Notes: generated by a model from the letters alone, not told the origin. DNA of 38,762 nucleotides from a virus (IMGVR_UViG_3300012942_000022:1-38762), one strand, 5' to 3'. Shown: positions 18,322 through 27,516, numbered from the stretch's first letter. A program made the numbers and translations.

Positions 18322-20085
18322 CTAGACGGAAGCTATTTCTTCTTGCGCAGGCACGGCAGCGTGTGACTCCTCTCCACCGCTCGGTGCCTGCATGCCTTGC
18401 TGTTGCGTCTGGGGTACCTGGCTCACTGGAGGCGGGACCGGTATGCCGCGGCTCGCATAGATGTAGTCGAGGAGATATGCCCGGCGTGTGGTGTCAGTCT
18501 CAAGGCTGACCATCTGCATGACAGTATCCTGTTCAGCCGTGTTATACGCTTCGCCAACGATAGTCACGAAGATGCGCGGCAGCACTTCCTTCCAGATTTC
18601 CTTGCTGTTCTTGAGAATAGGGTCTTTCCCTTGCAATTCAATGATCTTCTCCTGTATTAACGATTCGCGCATTTCCGGCGTATGCGGCCCTATGATAGCG
18701 AGGTTATGGTTGAACCATGACTCGGCGGCGAGCTTTCGGAATTCATCGAGAAACTGAGCGGAACCGGTGAGACGGATAATGTCCTTTCCGCGCAAGTCCT
18801 TAACGAGACTTGGCAACGTGAATTCGCGATAGACATAGCGATACGGTACGGCGAGCTTTTTGCGCAAAAAGTCAAAGAGCTTATTCGCGTTGTCATTCAT
18901 CATCTGCGTAGTACCGAGCGGAGTGCCGGATGCCGGAGTCACGCCACGAGCAACCTCATATGAGTTCGCTATCGAGTCCATCTCGGTAAGGACCGTATTT
19001 CGCATATTGAGTGCTTCTGCGGTGCGCGCGGATACCTGTACCTGCTGAAGATCGGCCGACTTCAGGAGCGAACCACGGGTAAGCCCATGTCGTATGTTCT
19101 GGAACGTCTGTATGTCAGACGACCGGAATACGGCAGACGTGTCCCATGGGATAGCGCGCATAATCTCGTTCGTGAGCTCGTTATATGCCGTCTGGTGGTC
19201 GAATAGGAGCTCGTAAAGGCCTTCTCTCCACCATTTGCCCTTGTATGGACCACGATGCGCTTCCTTGAAGTGTTCCGACATGTCTCCGGAAATCTCGCTT
19301 GCGAATAGGACGTATTCGTTCTTATGGCCGCCTCCTTTCTTTAAACCAGCCACAACGATTCGAGCCAGCACGAATTTTTCCTCATCGCCACCATCCTTCC
19401 CTTGTGCTTCAAATAGGCACTTCTCGCTTACCTCGCCAGTACGACGATAGATCTCATAGAGTGGGTAGCTCTTTGTGGAAGCGGATGAGACGACTTCAGG
19501 ATTCGGCGTGAGCGTCGTGTTACCGCAGTTCTTTATCACCTCATCAACGTTCTTATAGAGTCCTGACTTCTTACGAAGCTCCGACTGGGTGAGATAGAAA
19601 CGTTCCACGATCCCAGTCTGATTGACCGAACGTGCGAGCGTGTTCGTAAGGAACGTATTCATCATGTCGCATTTCTCATACGAACGATCAGTCTTACGCA
19701 AGAGAATGTTTCCGTCAGCCGAGAAGTCTTCCGTACTTTCAGAAAGTTCTTCGGCGCGGCCAGTCTGTTCCATGAAGTCCTGCAACGAGGCATTGGCGAT
19801 GTAAACGGCTGAAAAATCCCCGATGGGATTCTTGCTCCAGAACATGAAGTACTTCGAATCAATGCGGAGATTCTTAATCTCGTTATTGACGCGCGTCATG
19901 ATTGCGTCGAACCAGTACTCTATCTCTCCTGCATCATTCACCTTGCCGGTCGGGTAGCGGCGAGTCTTATAGTTATAAATACGCTTCTTCAGTTTCCATT
20001 CCGAGTACATCTCTCCAGCGTTCGTCTCGACGCTCTCGAAGAGGTATTTCTGTACTTCGGTCTTGATGAGTCCTAGAATCTCCAT
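18322..20085 (-). CDS. Portal protein
   Basis: 587 aa after TerL; GVTPASGTPLGTTQMM stem-like motif and Q/P-rich C-terminal tail as in P22-like portals. Confidence 0.75.
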   Translation of the reverse strand: MEILGLIKTEVQKYLFESVETNAGEMYSEWKLKKRIYNYKTRRYPTGKVNDAGEIEYWFDAIMTRVNNEIKNLRIDSKYFMFWSKNPIGDFSAVYIANASLQDFMEQTGRAEELSESTEDFSADGNILLRKTDRSYEKCDMMNTFLTNTLARSVNQTGIVERFYLTQSELRKKSGLYKNVDEVIKNCGNTTLTPNPEVVSSASTKSYPLYEIYRRTGEVSEKCLFEAQGKDGGDEEKFVLARIVVAGLKKGGGHKNEYVLFASEISGDMSEHFKEAHRGPYKGKWWREGLYELLFDHQTAYNELTNEIMRAIPWDTSAVFRSSDIQTFQNIRHGLTRGSLLKSADLQQVQVSARTAEALNMRNTVLTEMDSIANSYEVARGVTPASGTPLGTTQMMNDNANKLFDFLRKKLAVPYRYVYREFTLPSLVKDLRGKDIIRLTGSAQFLDEFRKLAAESWFNHNLAIIGPHTPEMRESLIQEKIIELQGKDPILKNSKEIWKEVLPRIFVTIVGEAYNTAEQDTVMQMVSLETDTTRRAYLLDYIYASRGIPVPPPVSQVPQTQQQGMQAPSGGEESHAAVPAQEEIASV

Positions 20086-20093
20086 TTACCGCA

Positions 20094-20137
20094 AGTGTAT
20101 GAAAATGCGTGCGAATGGGGAGCTAAATATTCCGACA
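20094..20137 (-). promoter_or_regulatory. Putative late promoter: TGTCGGAATATTT-N25-TACACT
   Basis: Motif copy; portal ATG 8 nt after the -10. Confidence 0.8.
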
Positions 20138-20151
20138 ATCTACCATTCATG

Positions 20152-20285
20152 TCATAGCGGCCAGACGCGCAGCTCAACGCGTGGATTTTCCTTATCGTAT
20201 TCGACCATTTGGTGCTCACCGGCATCGTCAGGAATGTAAGACTTATGTCCTGCACGCACACCGGCTCTTTCTTGGTTTTTTTCAT
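20152..20285 (-). pseudogene. Possible internally deleted RusA-like resolvase remnant
   Basis: N-terminal ...ISLTFLTMPVST in one frame and C-terminal VEYDKENPRVELRVWPL* in another, both resembling RusA ends. Confidence 0.35.
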
Positions 20286-21790
20286 ATACCGAGGCGTTTA
20301 GCGGCATTATTCGCTCTCTGCTGTTCCTGTCGCTGTTGTTGGACGATTGCAGTTGCTGTAGCTGGTGCCTCTGCAATCTGTATCTGATATGCCACAGCAT
20401 CGAGCACATCATCATGCGTGCCTTTCGGGAATGCGAGAGCTTCTTCCTCCAGTTCGCTGCATTCTCCCTGAATGTGGTACACCTGCTCATTCGCATACCA
20501 CGGGATTAAGCCACGTATACGCGTCTCTTTCATCGTCTGGTTATGCTTAAGCGGCACAATGTTCGGGAATTTGCCGCGCTTCGTCATCTCGTCCTTGAGG
20601 AACGGCTCGACTACATAGGAAAATGCCCCCTCTTCCATACCGATCTTCTCGAATCCCTCGTCGTGAAGCATGAACACCAGGTCAATGACTTCCTTACTAT
20701 TAACGCGGTACCGTTGCGCACGCAGGTTCCATTGATTCTGGTCATTCACGTAGTTGCGGCACACGCCGCAATAGTCGCTCTGATCTGCTTTCTTCAGGTT
20801 TGGGTCAATGGTTGCGAATCTTCGCACGTTCATAGCGGCGACTTCTGCAGCGCTACGGTACCTGAACCACCGCTGCTGGAATTCCCTACTCTCATCATCA
20901 ACAGGATTGGCTTGATAGAGGGCAGAGAATTCATATGGACCGAGCGTCCGCCTGATGTCAGTAAGCTCCTCGAGGGAATACCGTGCAGGCCAGAGGGCTT
21001 CTCCTTTCCTGCGATACTCTTCGTCTTTTTCGGCTACCCCTTTGAGCGTCAGTCGCACCCATTTTGCACGTGTACCGTTAAGATAATCGAAATAATCTAC
21101 CCAGTCCTCTTCTTTCGTGATGCGGCCAACGAGATCGTCTTCATGCCAACGCGTACCCATCACGATCATTGCACCGGCAGGCGTGAGGCGCGTACGAGCG
21201 ACTGAACGGAACCATGCCCATACGCCTTCGCGAATCACTTGGCTATCTGCTTCGCTACGATCTTTGAACGGGTCATCGATTATGAAAAAGTCGGCACCCT
21301 TACCGGTCGCAGACCCGCCGACACCGACGGCGTTATACGCACCCTTCCCATTCGTGTTCCACTTACCTTTCGCCGAACTATCGCCCGCCAGTCGTGTCTT
21401 GAAAACGTTCTGGTATTTGCGCGTTTCTATGAGATTTCTGGTCTCACGACCATGACTCGTCGCGAGATCGCCGGAATACGAGCCAACGATAACATCCGTA
21501 TCTGCGTCTCTCCCGACAGCATACGCAGGAAACAGCTGTGATACGTGAATGGATTTAGAATGGCGTGGCGGCGCCTCGATAATGAGAAAGCGTATCTCTC
21601 CGCTCTCAACCCGTTCTAGCACATCGCAGATAAGGCCAGTGTGCCAGTTCTCGAGATACCCTTCATACACATACCGCGCGAAGTTCTGGAAATGGCGGCG
21701 CGCGAGCTCGCGCTTCGCGAGCTCTGCCAGAGCTTCATTCTTTGACGGATTATCCGTCAACACCTGCGAGTTCTGCGAGCTTTGCATCAT
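20282..21790 (-). CDS. terL: Terminase large subunit
   Basis: Walker A APPRHSKS, Walker B FFIIDDP, GTRWHEDDL and C-terminal nuclease motif FPKGTHDDVLDA. Confidence 0.95.
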   Translation of the reverse strand: MMQSSQNSQVLTDNPSKNEALAELAKRELARRHFQNFARYVYEGYLENWHTGLICDVLERVESGEIRFLIIEAPPRHSKSIHVSQLFPAYAVGRDADTDVIVGSYSGDLATSHGRETRNLIETRKYQNVFKTRLAGDSSAKGKWNTNGKGAYNAVGVGGSATGKGADFFIIDDPFKDRSEADSQVIREGVWAWFRSVARTRLTPAGAMIVMGTRWHEDDLVGRITKEEDWVDYFDYLNGTRAKWVRLTLKGVAEKDEEYRRKGEALWPARYSLEELTDIRRTLGPYEFSALYQANPVDDESREFQQRWFRYRSAAEVAAMNVRRFATIDPNLKKADQSDYCGVCRNYVNDQNQWNLRAQRYRVNSKEVIDLVFMLHDEGFEKIGMEEGAFSYVVEPFLKDEMTKRGKFPNIVPLKHNQTMKETRIRGLIPWYANEQVYHIQGECSELEEEALAFPKGTHDDVLDAVAYQIQIAEAPATATAIVQQQRQEQQRANNAAKRLGI

Positions 21791-22250
21791 CCATTTCCGC
21801 TACGGTAAGTGCGACGGGGCCATCGTTCTTGCCGGTGAGCTGCTTCTTATCGCGCCAGTCCGTGAGATTCGATGCGACAAAGATAGAGAACGTGTGGTTA
21901 GATAGTCCGTTTAGCGCAGCTAGCGCAATGTACCTTCCCTGAATCTCTTTGCATTTCTGCCACGCCTGCGAAAACTCTTTGTCGCCGTTCTCTTCACATT
22001 CCTTAAGCGTTCGGTATGAGATTCCTACCTGACGCGCAAAGTCAGCGTAAAATGGCACGTCAACTATTGGCCGTCCCTTTCGAAGGTCGTTATTTATCCA
22101 TGTTTCGATCTTTCCCTTGAAGTCGTCGTATCGCACTTCGAAAAAGGAGAGCATTTCTTTCGCAACCTTCCTTACGTTCGATTCATCGAGCTTCGCAGGT
22201 CGACCACCCTTATTCCCTTTCGCGTATTTATTGCCTTTCGGTGCTGCCAT
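21750..22250 (-). CDS. terS: Terminase small subunit
   Basis: MAAPKGNKYAKGNKGGRP N-terminus, HTH-like segment, LTGKNDGPV C-terminus; directly upstream of TerL. Confidence 0.85.
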   Translation of the reverse strand: MAAPKGNKYAKGNKGGRPAKLDESNVRKVAKEMLSFFEVRYDDFKGKIETWINNDLRKGRPIVDVPFYADFARQVGISYRTLKECEENGDKEFSQAWQKCKEIQGRYIALAALNGLSNHTFSIFVASNLTDWRDKKQLTGKNDGPVALTVAEMDDAKLAELAGVDG

Positions 22251-22257
22251 TGACTAT

Positions 22258-22301
22258 ACGGTATACGAATGGCAATTTTACAACCTGAAAATATTCCGAC
22301 A
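22258..22301 (-). promoter_or_regulatory. Putative late promoter: TGTCGGAATATTT-N25-TACCGT
   Basis: Motif copy; TerS ATG 7 nt after the -10 (an alternative TATAGT sits 5 nt closer to the ATG). Confidence 0.75.
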
Positions 22302-22451
22302 CTACGCGCATTCACTTTCTATCAACTCTTGCATGTAACGAATCTCTTCTATGCCTGGCGCTCCCCAGTTTGCAGGTATGCTCTTGCGTGCCAACAAATC
22401 TTCGAATTGAGACAGGAGCTCGTGGAGCTTTTTAAGTTCTTCTAGATTCAT
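22302..22451 (-). CDS. Small hypothetical protein
   Basis: MNLEELKKLHELLSQFEDLLARKSIPANWGAPGIEEIRYMQELIESECA (49 aa); fills the gap. Confidence 0.55.
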   Translation of the reverse strand: MNLEELKKLHELLSQFEDLLARKSIPANWGAPGIEEIRYMQELIESECA

Positions 22452-22462
22452 AATTAATCCTG

Positions 22463-22843
22463 TTATCGCTTACGCCTTTTATGATGCGTAAGATGCCACA
22501 TGTGACAAAATTCGCAGCAATAGATACGGAGCAGTAGGTTCTTTCGTTTCTTTATGGTTTTTAGCTCCTCGACTGCCTGCTCACGCGTGAACATGCGCTT
22601 ATCCTTGTATATGCACTTCTGGATACGAGGCTTCTCTGCGTCAGCGATGATTGAATGCGCCTCGGCGATTACATCTCCAATATTCTCATTGGAGACCTCG
22701 ATTGTTTCCTGTTTTTGGAACGTCGCCGTAAGACTGTTTACGGTAATAGTGTCTCCTTCGACAGGTAGGTGTTGGCTATCGAATATGACGATCCCATATC
22801 GCTTACTAAGCAACAGTAACCATATTATTTTGAGTTTGTTCAT
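22463..22843 (-). CDS. Hypothetical protein with C-terminal Cys/His zinc-binding motif
   Basis: C...YCCEFCHMWHLT. Confidence 0.65.
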   Translation of the reverse strand: MNKLKIIWLLLLSKRYGIVIFDSQHLPVEGDTITVNSLTATFQKQETIEVSNENIGDVIAEAHSIIADAEKPRIQKCIYKDKRMFTREQAVEELKTIKKRKNLLLRIYCCEFCHMWHLTHHKRRKR

Positions 22844-23106
22844 GCTTGTTCTCCAAGATTTATAGATGGATCTTCCGGAATTTCGTCAATCGTTTTACGT
22901 TTTGAAAATCCTGAATTATTCTCCATGACACAATCAAATACGTAGCCGACAAGTTTCCATCGCTTCACAGTCACGCACAAGCCGCCGTCTCCGAATGAGG
23001 CGTATCCGACTACGCGAGTACCATATCCTTTCTTTTCGCAGGACCCAAGCCATTCTGAAATCTCATCGGCTGCTCTGTAAAATATCTTCGTGAAGTATTC
23101 GTTCAT
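22840..23106 (-). CDS. Hypothetical protein
   Basis: 88-aa ORF coupled to its neighbours. Confidence 0.6.
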   Translation of the reverse strand: MNEYFTKIFYRAADEISEWLGSCEKKGYGTRVVGYASFGDGGLCVTVKRWKLVGYVFDCVMENNSGFSKRKTIDEIPEDPSINLGEQA

Positions 23107-23109
23107 GAG

Positions 23110-23406
23110 CTAAATCTTAGGCATCTTAATAATCTTTTCTCTCCCTGTTCTTCGGTAGTAAGCACGCATTTGGTAGGTGGCATTCATCAATCTCTTCACC
23201 CTTGGGCTGTCTCTGCAATCATCGCAATAGTCCCGTCCCCACTTAGATCCGAACTTCCCCGCGAGCCGTACAGAGCAGAAGTGGCAGCGAGCGTCCGGAT
23301 TCCTCCTTCTTGTGGGGCGTGGAGATAACTTACGTATATTCTGGTAGTACCACTGTCCATAGGTAAGCTCTCCGGTATCTCTTTTCGGCCGTCCTGTCCT
23401 AGGCAT
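23110..23406 (-). CDS. Basic zinc-finger protein
   Basis: Start MPRTGRPKR; CHFC...YCDDC; strongly basic. Confidence 0.6.
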   Translation of the reverse strand: MPRTGRPKRDTGELTYGQWYYQNIRKLSPRPTRRRNPDARCHFCSVRLAGKFGSKWGRDYCDDCRDSPRVKRLMNATYQMRAYYRRTGREKIIKMPKI

Positions 23407-23408
23407 GA

Positions 23409-23546
23409 TTAGAATGAACAGTGAGTACCCACTATATGCGCGACAATGTACGCGAATCCCATTCCTATGAATGACCATGAGGCTACATAAAAGCCAAAGG
23501 ATAAGTGAGATCTCTTATTAAGTTCTTGCATTGGGTCTGTACTCAT
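23409..23546 (-). CDS. Small membrane peptide
   Basis: MSTDPMQELNKRSHLSFGFYVASWSFIGMGFAYIVAHIVGTHCSF. Confidence 0.45.
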   Translation of the reverse strand: MSTDPMQELNKRSHLSFGFYVASWSFIGMGFAYIVAHIVGTHCSF

Positions 23547-23559
23547 ATTGGATTTTGAT

Positions 23560-23961
23560 TTAGTAATGTATCGAGACGCTATTCTTAATCGGCGGCGGAA
23601 CGTATGCCCCATATCGTTGATTGAGCCTGCCGCGCGCTTGAAGATAGTTCGAGCGCGTGTACTGGAGCAATTCATCATCACTTGCTCGATGCAGAGCGAC
23701 CCAAACGCGCATATCTTTCGGCGCCTCGGTATGCGCGTCCTGGTATTGGTCCACCCCGTGGTGCCGGGCACAAAGAGGAATGATTGCCCAGGCTTCCTGA
23801 ATCTTGCGCCCGGCGTTTATCATTGCGTGCTCTCGCGTGACACGCCCCGCACAATACCCAATGATTTCCGGTTGGATTCCGAGGAGTGAACATCGCGAAT
23901 ATTCTGGCGTATCTACCTCCCTACGTACTCGCTCACTCATGACGGTTGCCTTGCTTCTCAT
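23560..23961 (-). CDS. HNH-like (His-Me finger) protein
   Basis: C...C...REHA...IIPLCARHH pattern. Confidence 0.55.
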   Translation of the reverse strand: MRSKATVMSERVRREVDTPEYSRCSLLGIQPEIIGYCAGRVTREHAMINAGRKIQEAWAIIPLCARHHGVDQYQDAHTEAPKDMRVWVALHRASDDELLQYTRSNYLQARGRLNQRYGAYVPPPIKNSVSIHY

Positions 23962-24143
23962 ACGCTACGTTGTGATTTTGCATTTCTCACGCGTTCGAGC
24001 AGTTCGTTGAGCCGGTCCTTCGTCACGAAAAAATTGCAAGGTTCGCCTTCCGACACATGGAGGCACTCGTACCCACGCTTGAGAATCGAGAGCCGGTTAT
24101 CGCACTTAGGGCATCTGAATAATTTGAGATTCGTCCATTTCAT
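23958..24143 (-). CDS. Small zinc-ribbon protein (paralog of 28516-28713)
   Basis: WTNLKLFRCPKC...C...CNF. Confidence 0.7.
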   Translation of the reverse strand: MKWTNLKLFRCPKCDNRLSILKRGYECLHVSEGEPCNFFVTKDRLNELLERVRNAKSQRSV

Positions 24144-24155
24144 GTTCGATAGGAA

Positions 24156-24521
24156 TTAGGCTCTTCTAAATACCAGGTCGCGATATGCGCCGCGTATCCT
24201 CCGTTCTCCATTCACCTCCTCTACCAGCACATCGCCTTTGCTGATCCTAGACAGGACGCCTTCTTCACTGATCTTCGCGCCGTGCCGCAACAGATGAAGC
24301 AATTCGTTATGGAGCGCAACCGAACGATGGACGTATACTGCCTCTCGATAAGAGACTTTCGTGAACGACGCAATAAATTCCGATACGCCAAGGGGTCCAT
24401 ATCGTTCGCACATTTCAAGGAAGATTCTGAGTACTTTTTTCTTCACTCCGTATTTGCTCGCAAAATGAGCTAACAAATCTATTTTGGATATTTCGCTATA
24501 CGTCACATATTGCTCGTGCAT
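24156..24521 (-). CDS. Hypothetical protein downstream of the RT
   Basis: 121-aa ORF, more AT-rich than the RT. Confidence 0.55.
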   Translation of the reverse strand: MHEQYVTYSEISKIDLLAHFASKYGVKKKVLRIFLEMCERYGPLGVSEFIASFTKVSYREAVYVHRSVALHNELLHLLRHGAKISEEGVLSRISKGDVLVEEVNGERRIRGAYRDLVFRRA

Positions 24522-24531
24522 ACCTTAAGAG

Positions 24532-25554
24532 TTAGCTGATAAGCGCACTAAGCTTCCTCGCATTCCCATGCGAAAGCAGGCCGAGATACGACTGGATACG
24601 CGCTTCTGACCGCTCCGCATCCAGGTTCCGGAACATGCGCCGCTTGCTCGCCGAACGCAGCACGCGATGGTCCGGGAAATGCACCCAGCCGAGGAAGTCC
24701 ACTCCTGACGCAATGGTGCGGATGAATACCTTGTCGGGGTGGAGGTAGAGCTTGAGGCGGTTCTCGAGGAAGGAGGAGATCTCAGGCACGAGCGACTCGA
24801 GCCACGCGCGGTCTCGGGAGAATATGACGAAATCATCGGCATAGCGGATGTAGCGGCGAGCCTTGAGACGGTGCTTCGCGAACTGGTCGAGCTCGTTCAT
24901 GTACAGGTTCGCCAGGAGCTGCGAGGTGAGATTGCCGAGCGGCAAGCCGCGCCCTTCAGAGCCGAAGCTGCGTATCACCTTTTCGAGCAGGCAGACCGTG
25001 AGCTCGTCCGGTATGCGTCTATGCAGGATCTCCACGAGCGTATCGTGATGGACGGAAGCGAAGAACTTCCGGATGTCGCACTTGAGGACGTAGCAGGTAC
25101 GCGTATGATTCCGCGATTCGGCATATGCGAAGGCGCGGAACCGGTTCATGGCGCGATGCGTCCCCTTCTTCTCCCTGCAGGAGTACGAGTCGGCGATGAA
25201 CGTGCGGTCTATGGCCGGATACAGGACGCGATGGATGGCATGGTGCAGCAGCCTATCGCGCACACTCGCCTTATGGATGTCACGCGGCTTCGGGTCGGCT
25301 ATCTTGAACGCCTCGTATGATCCATGCTCGTACGCTCCTGAGCGCAAGTCCTCATGGAGCGAGAGGATATTGTCCATGAGGTGCGCCTGAAACTCCTGCA
25401 CGTCCTTCTTCCCGCGCTTGCCGCGCACGAACTCGCGCCACGCAGCGACTAGGTTCTGTACCGATGTGATACGGTCATACGCATGAGTACCACCCTGCCG
25501 GTCGTGGAGCGCCTCCTCGGAACGTATAAGCTCTGGTACGGGTATCGTGATCAT
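24532..25554 (-). CDS. DGR reverse transcriptase (bRT-like)
   Basis: KPRDI..ASVRDRLLHHA, LKCDIRKFFAS, GLPLGNLTSQLLANLYM (SQ type), YIRYADDF, DFLG. No maturase/endonuclease extension. Adjacent TR and Avd. Exact start uncertain. Confidence 0.95.
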   Translation of the reverse strand: MITIPVPELIRSEEALHDRQGGTHAYDRITSVQNLVAAWREFVRGKRGKKDVQEFQAHLMDNILSLHEDLRSGAYEHGSYEAFKIADPKPRDIHKASVRDRLLHHAIHRVLYPAIDRTFIADSYSCREKKGTHRAMNRFRAFAYAESRNHTRTCYVLKCDIRKFFASVHHDTLVEILHRRIPDELTVCLLEKVIRSFGSEGRGLPLGNLTSQLLANLYMNELDQFAKHRLKARRYIRYADDFVIFSRDRAWLESLVPEISSFLENRLKLYLHPDKVFIRTIASGVDFLGWVHFPDHRVLRSASKRRMFRNLDAERSEARIQSYLGLLSHGNARKLSALIS

Positions 25555-25851
25555 TTTCCTAAGAAGTCCAGGTATACGCTGGGCGATAAGATAGACGCGC
25601 GATTCCTGAACGTGCTCGAGCTGCTCTCGATAGCCGCGTACCAGGGCGCTGTGGAAAAGACACCGACGCTCGACCGCGCGCTCGTGGGCGCCGACGCGCT
25701 GAAGTTCCTGCTGCGGGTCGCGTGGGAGCTCCGGCTATTCGACGACCAGAAGTACGCACAGCTCTCGGAAGGCGTGCAGGAAGTGTGCAAGCAGATAGGC
25801 GGCTGGAAGAAGGGGCTGCAAAAGAAAACTCCCATGCGCGAACACGCATAG
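25483..25851 (+). CDS. avd: Avd-like accessory variability determinant (four-helix bundle)
   Basis: 122 aa: FPKKSRYTLGDKID...LKFLLRVAWEL...YAQLS...EVCKQIGGWKK; lies between TR and RT. Confidence 0.85.
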   Translation: MSTTLPVVERLLGTYKLWYGYRDHFPKKSRYTLGDKIDARFLNVLELLSIAAYQGAVEKTPTLDRALVGADALKFLLRVAWELRLFDDQKYAQLSEGVQEVCKQIGGWKKGLQKKTPMREHA

Positions 25852-25854
25852 GAG
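25820..25854 (-). terminator. Hairpin + U-tract just 3' of the TR (overlaps the avd 3' end)
   Basis: Minus strand CTCCTATGCG-TGTTCG-CGCATGGGAG-TTTTCTTTT. Confidence 0.6.
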
Positions 25855-25868
25855 AACCCTGTGATTTT

Positions 25869-25969
25869 CGAGGGAGAACACGCGGTTGCCTGCGTTCCAA
25901 TCGTTCTCGCGAGGCCAGTCGTTCACGTTCCACTCGCCGTCGTTCCAGTTCACGTTCACGACGCGCGAC
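25869..25969 (-). repeat. DGR template repeat (TR), 101 bp
   Basis: Intergenic; 22 adenines including 8 AAC codons (reads SRVVNVNWNDGEWNVNDWPRENDWNAGNRVFSL); aligns without gaps to two VRs. Confidence 0.97.
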
Positions 25970-26215
25970 TCCGTTCGTATCCGCGCCCATCCGTGCCACC
26001 GCCCGTAGAGTGCTCTCAGGGCTGAATCGTACCTGGGACCGTAGAAGTCCTCCGGACGCGGACACCAACTGACAGAGTTTTTGAGAAGACGATGCGCGCA
26101 CGCTCCCGTGGGCGAATCCAGAGGATTCTGGCACGCGCCGCTCCGAAGCCCCTATGCCAAAGCAAGTAGCCGTGGCATCACCGGAGACTCTATGGAGGAC
26201 TATACGCTTTTGCAT
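25970..26215 (-). ncRNA. Putative structured 5' leader of the TR RNA
   Basis: Non-coding. 26054-26065 pairs with 25977-25988 (12 bp, 2 GU). GAATCC-N3-GGATTC hairpin near 26115-26128. TATAGT near 26200. Confidence 0.45.
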
Positions 26216-26217
26216 CA

Positions 26218-26472
26218 TCATGACAAAACTTGTTCTTCTTCTGAAGGGTCAAGATTCTCTTCACTCATGGCCATCTCAACCCACTTCATCAGCTCCTTGT
26301 CCGATAGAACGCCTTCGGACTGGGCTTTAATATTTGCCAGAATCGCGCCGCAGATACCGATGAGCACATATGGGCGATCTTCTCTCTTGAAGGCTGAAGA
26401 TGCTACTTCATTTATGAAGTCGAGTTCATCATCAGTGAATACTGCCGCGTCGATTATTCCATCAGGATTCAT
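26218..26472 (-). CDS. Small acidic hypothetical protein
   Basis: 84 aa, ATGA-coupled to DGR target 1. Confidence 0.65.
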   Translation of the reverse strand: MNPDGIIDAAVFTDDELDFINEVASSAFKREDRPYVLIGICGAILANIKAQSEGVLSDKELMKWVEMAMSEENLDPSEEEQVLS

Positions 26473-27029
26473 ACGCCAAGATTGTGGTGCTTAATAATCT
26501 TCTCGAGAGCTTCGACGCGAGCTGTCAGAGTCTCAAGTTCCGAGTTCCCAGATTCAGAGTCCGAGGACTGAGAATCAGTTGCGAGGGAGAACACGCGGTA
26601 GCCTGCGTCCCAATCGCCCCCGCGAGGCCAGTCGTCCACGCTCCACTCGCCGTCGCCCCAGCACACGTAAACGACGCGCGACGGGGTGTAGAACAGGTTC
26701 GCGTATCCGTTCGTGAGGAGCGGACCGTTCTCTCCTTTCGCCTGCTTCTCTATGAGAGCGGCGATCGCGGCGCATGCGTCGGTCTCCGAGAACATATAGC
26801 CTTCCGGAAGAGCTGGCTCGATGTCTGCGTCATATGCGTCCTTCGCGAGGTCGAACGATGCGAGCTCGAACTTCTTTCCGGACTTCGTCGCCTTCGCTTC
26901 GGCAAGCACGGTATTCGCGAAAGTGGACCAGACGTAGAGGCCCTCGCGGTTAGTGAAGTACTTCTTCGGAGTATGCGCCTTGCTGGTGAGGGGGATGCGC
27001 TGCTCTGCTGCTTTTAGGATGGTTTTCAT
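26469..27029 (-). CDS. DGR target protein 1 (186 aa)
   Basis: Start MKTILK; contains VR1 preceded by GPLLTNGYANLFY; ~37-aa helical tail after the VR. Confidence 0.92.
   Translation of the reverse strand: MKTILKAAEQRIPLTSKAHTPKKYFTNREGLYVWSTFANTVLAEAKATKSGKKFELASFDLAKDAYDADIEPALPEGYMFSETDACAAIAALIEKQAKGENGPLLTNGYANLFYTPSRVVYVCWGDGEWSVDDWPRGGDWDAGYRVFSLATDSQSSDSESGNSELETLTARVEALEKIIKHHNLGV
26582..26682 (-). repeat. DGR variable repeat VR1
   Basis: 13 mismatches to TR, 12 at TR adenines (the other is a silent GTG>GTT); encodes SRVVYVCWGDGEWSVDDWPRGGDWDAGYRVFSL. Confidence 0.97.
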
Positions 27030-27048
27030 GGTCGAGAATAAATTACTT

Positions 27049-27516
27049 TTAATCCCCGTCTCCGAGGCGGAATTGCGGCATCTCGCCGCCTTCGAGGTTC
27101 TGCTGATACTGCGGGAGCAATGCCTCGCCCATCGTCGTGCTCCGGCCGCTCTTGTCGCTGATGACCAAATGGGACATGAATTCCTGCTCGAACTCGGTAA
27201 GGCCATTGCCTATGGCGACGAACTTCGCCTTGAGGTGGTTCAGAAGGATGCGATGAATGATATTGAGCTCCTTGTTGCGTTTCTCCGGAGGATCGCTCGG
27301 TTTCGTGCGGAGCGGGACGATAATGCGCACAGCCTTCGGTACGGAGCGTTCATCGAATTGCGCCATGAACTCGAGCACGAACCGGTCAGGAAGACTGGTG
27401 AAGCGGGTCTGGTTGATACCTACCTGCTCGAGCATTTTCATGATCTCGCCCTGGGTTTTTGCCCAGTAGATCTGCGTGCTCTTGTATGCGGTGGTTATCC
27501 AGGTTGGTTTATTCAT
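27049..27516 (-). CDS. Conserved-looking phage hypothetical protein
   Basis: 155-aa ORF between the initiator and target 1. Confidence 0.75.
   Translation of the reverse strand: MNKPTWITTAYKSTQIYWAKTQGEIMKMLEQVGINQTRFTSLPDRFVLEFMAQFDERSVPKAVRIIVPLRTKPSDPPEKRNKELNIIHRILLNHLKAKFVAIGNGLTEFEQEFMSHLVISDKSGRSTTMGEALLPQYQQNLEGGEMPQFRLGDGD

Noticed and set aside
24532-25554. RT as a group II intron or retron
   Set aside because: It has the SQ-type motif, no maturase/endonuclease extension, and an adjacent Avd and TR/VR with adenine-specific mismatches, all indicating a DGR.
25735-25959. 74-aa ORF spanning the TR as a gene
   Set aside because: It is the TR read in the VR frame (Asn-rich) and overlaps avd antisense; TRs act as RNA templates.
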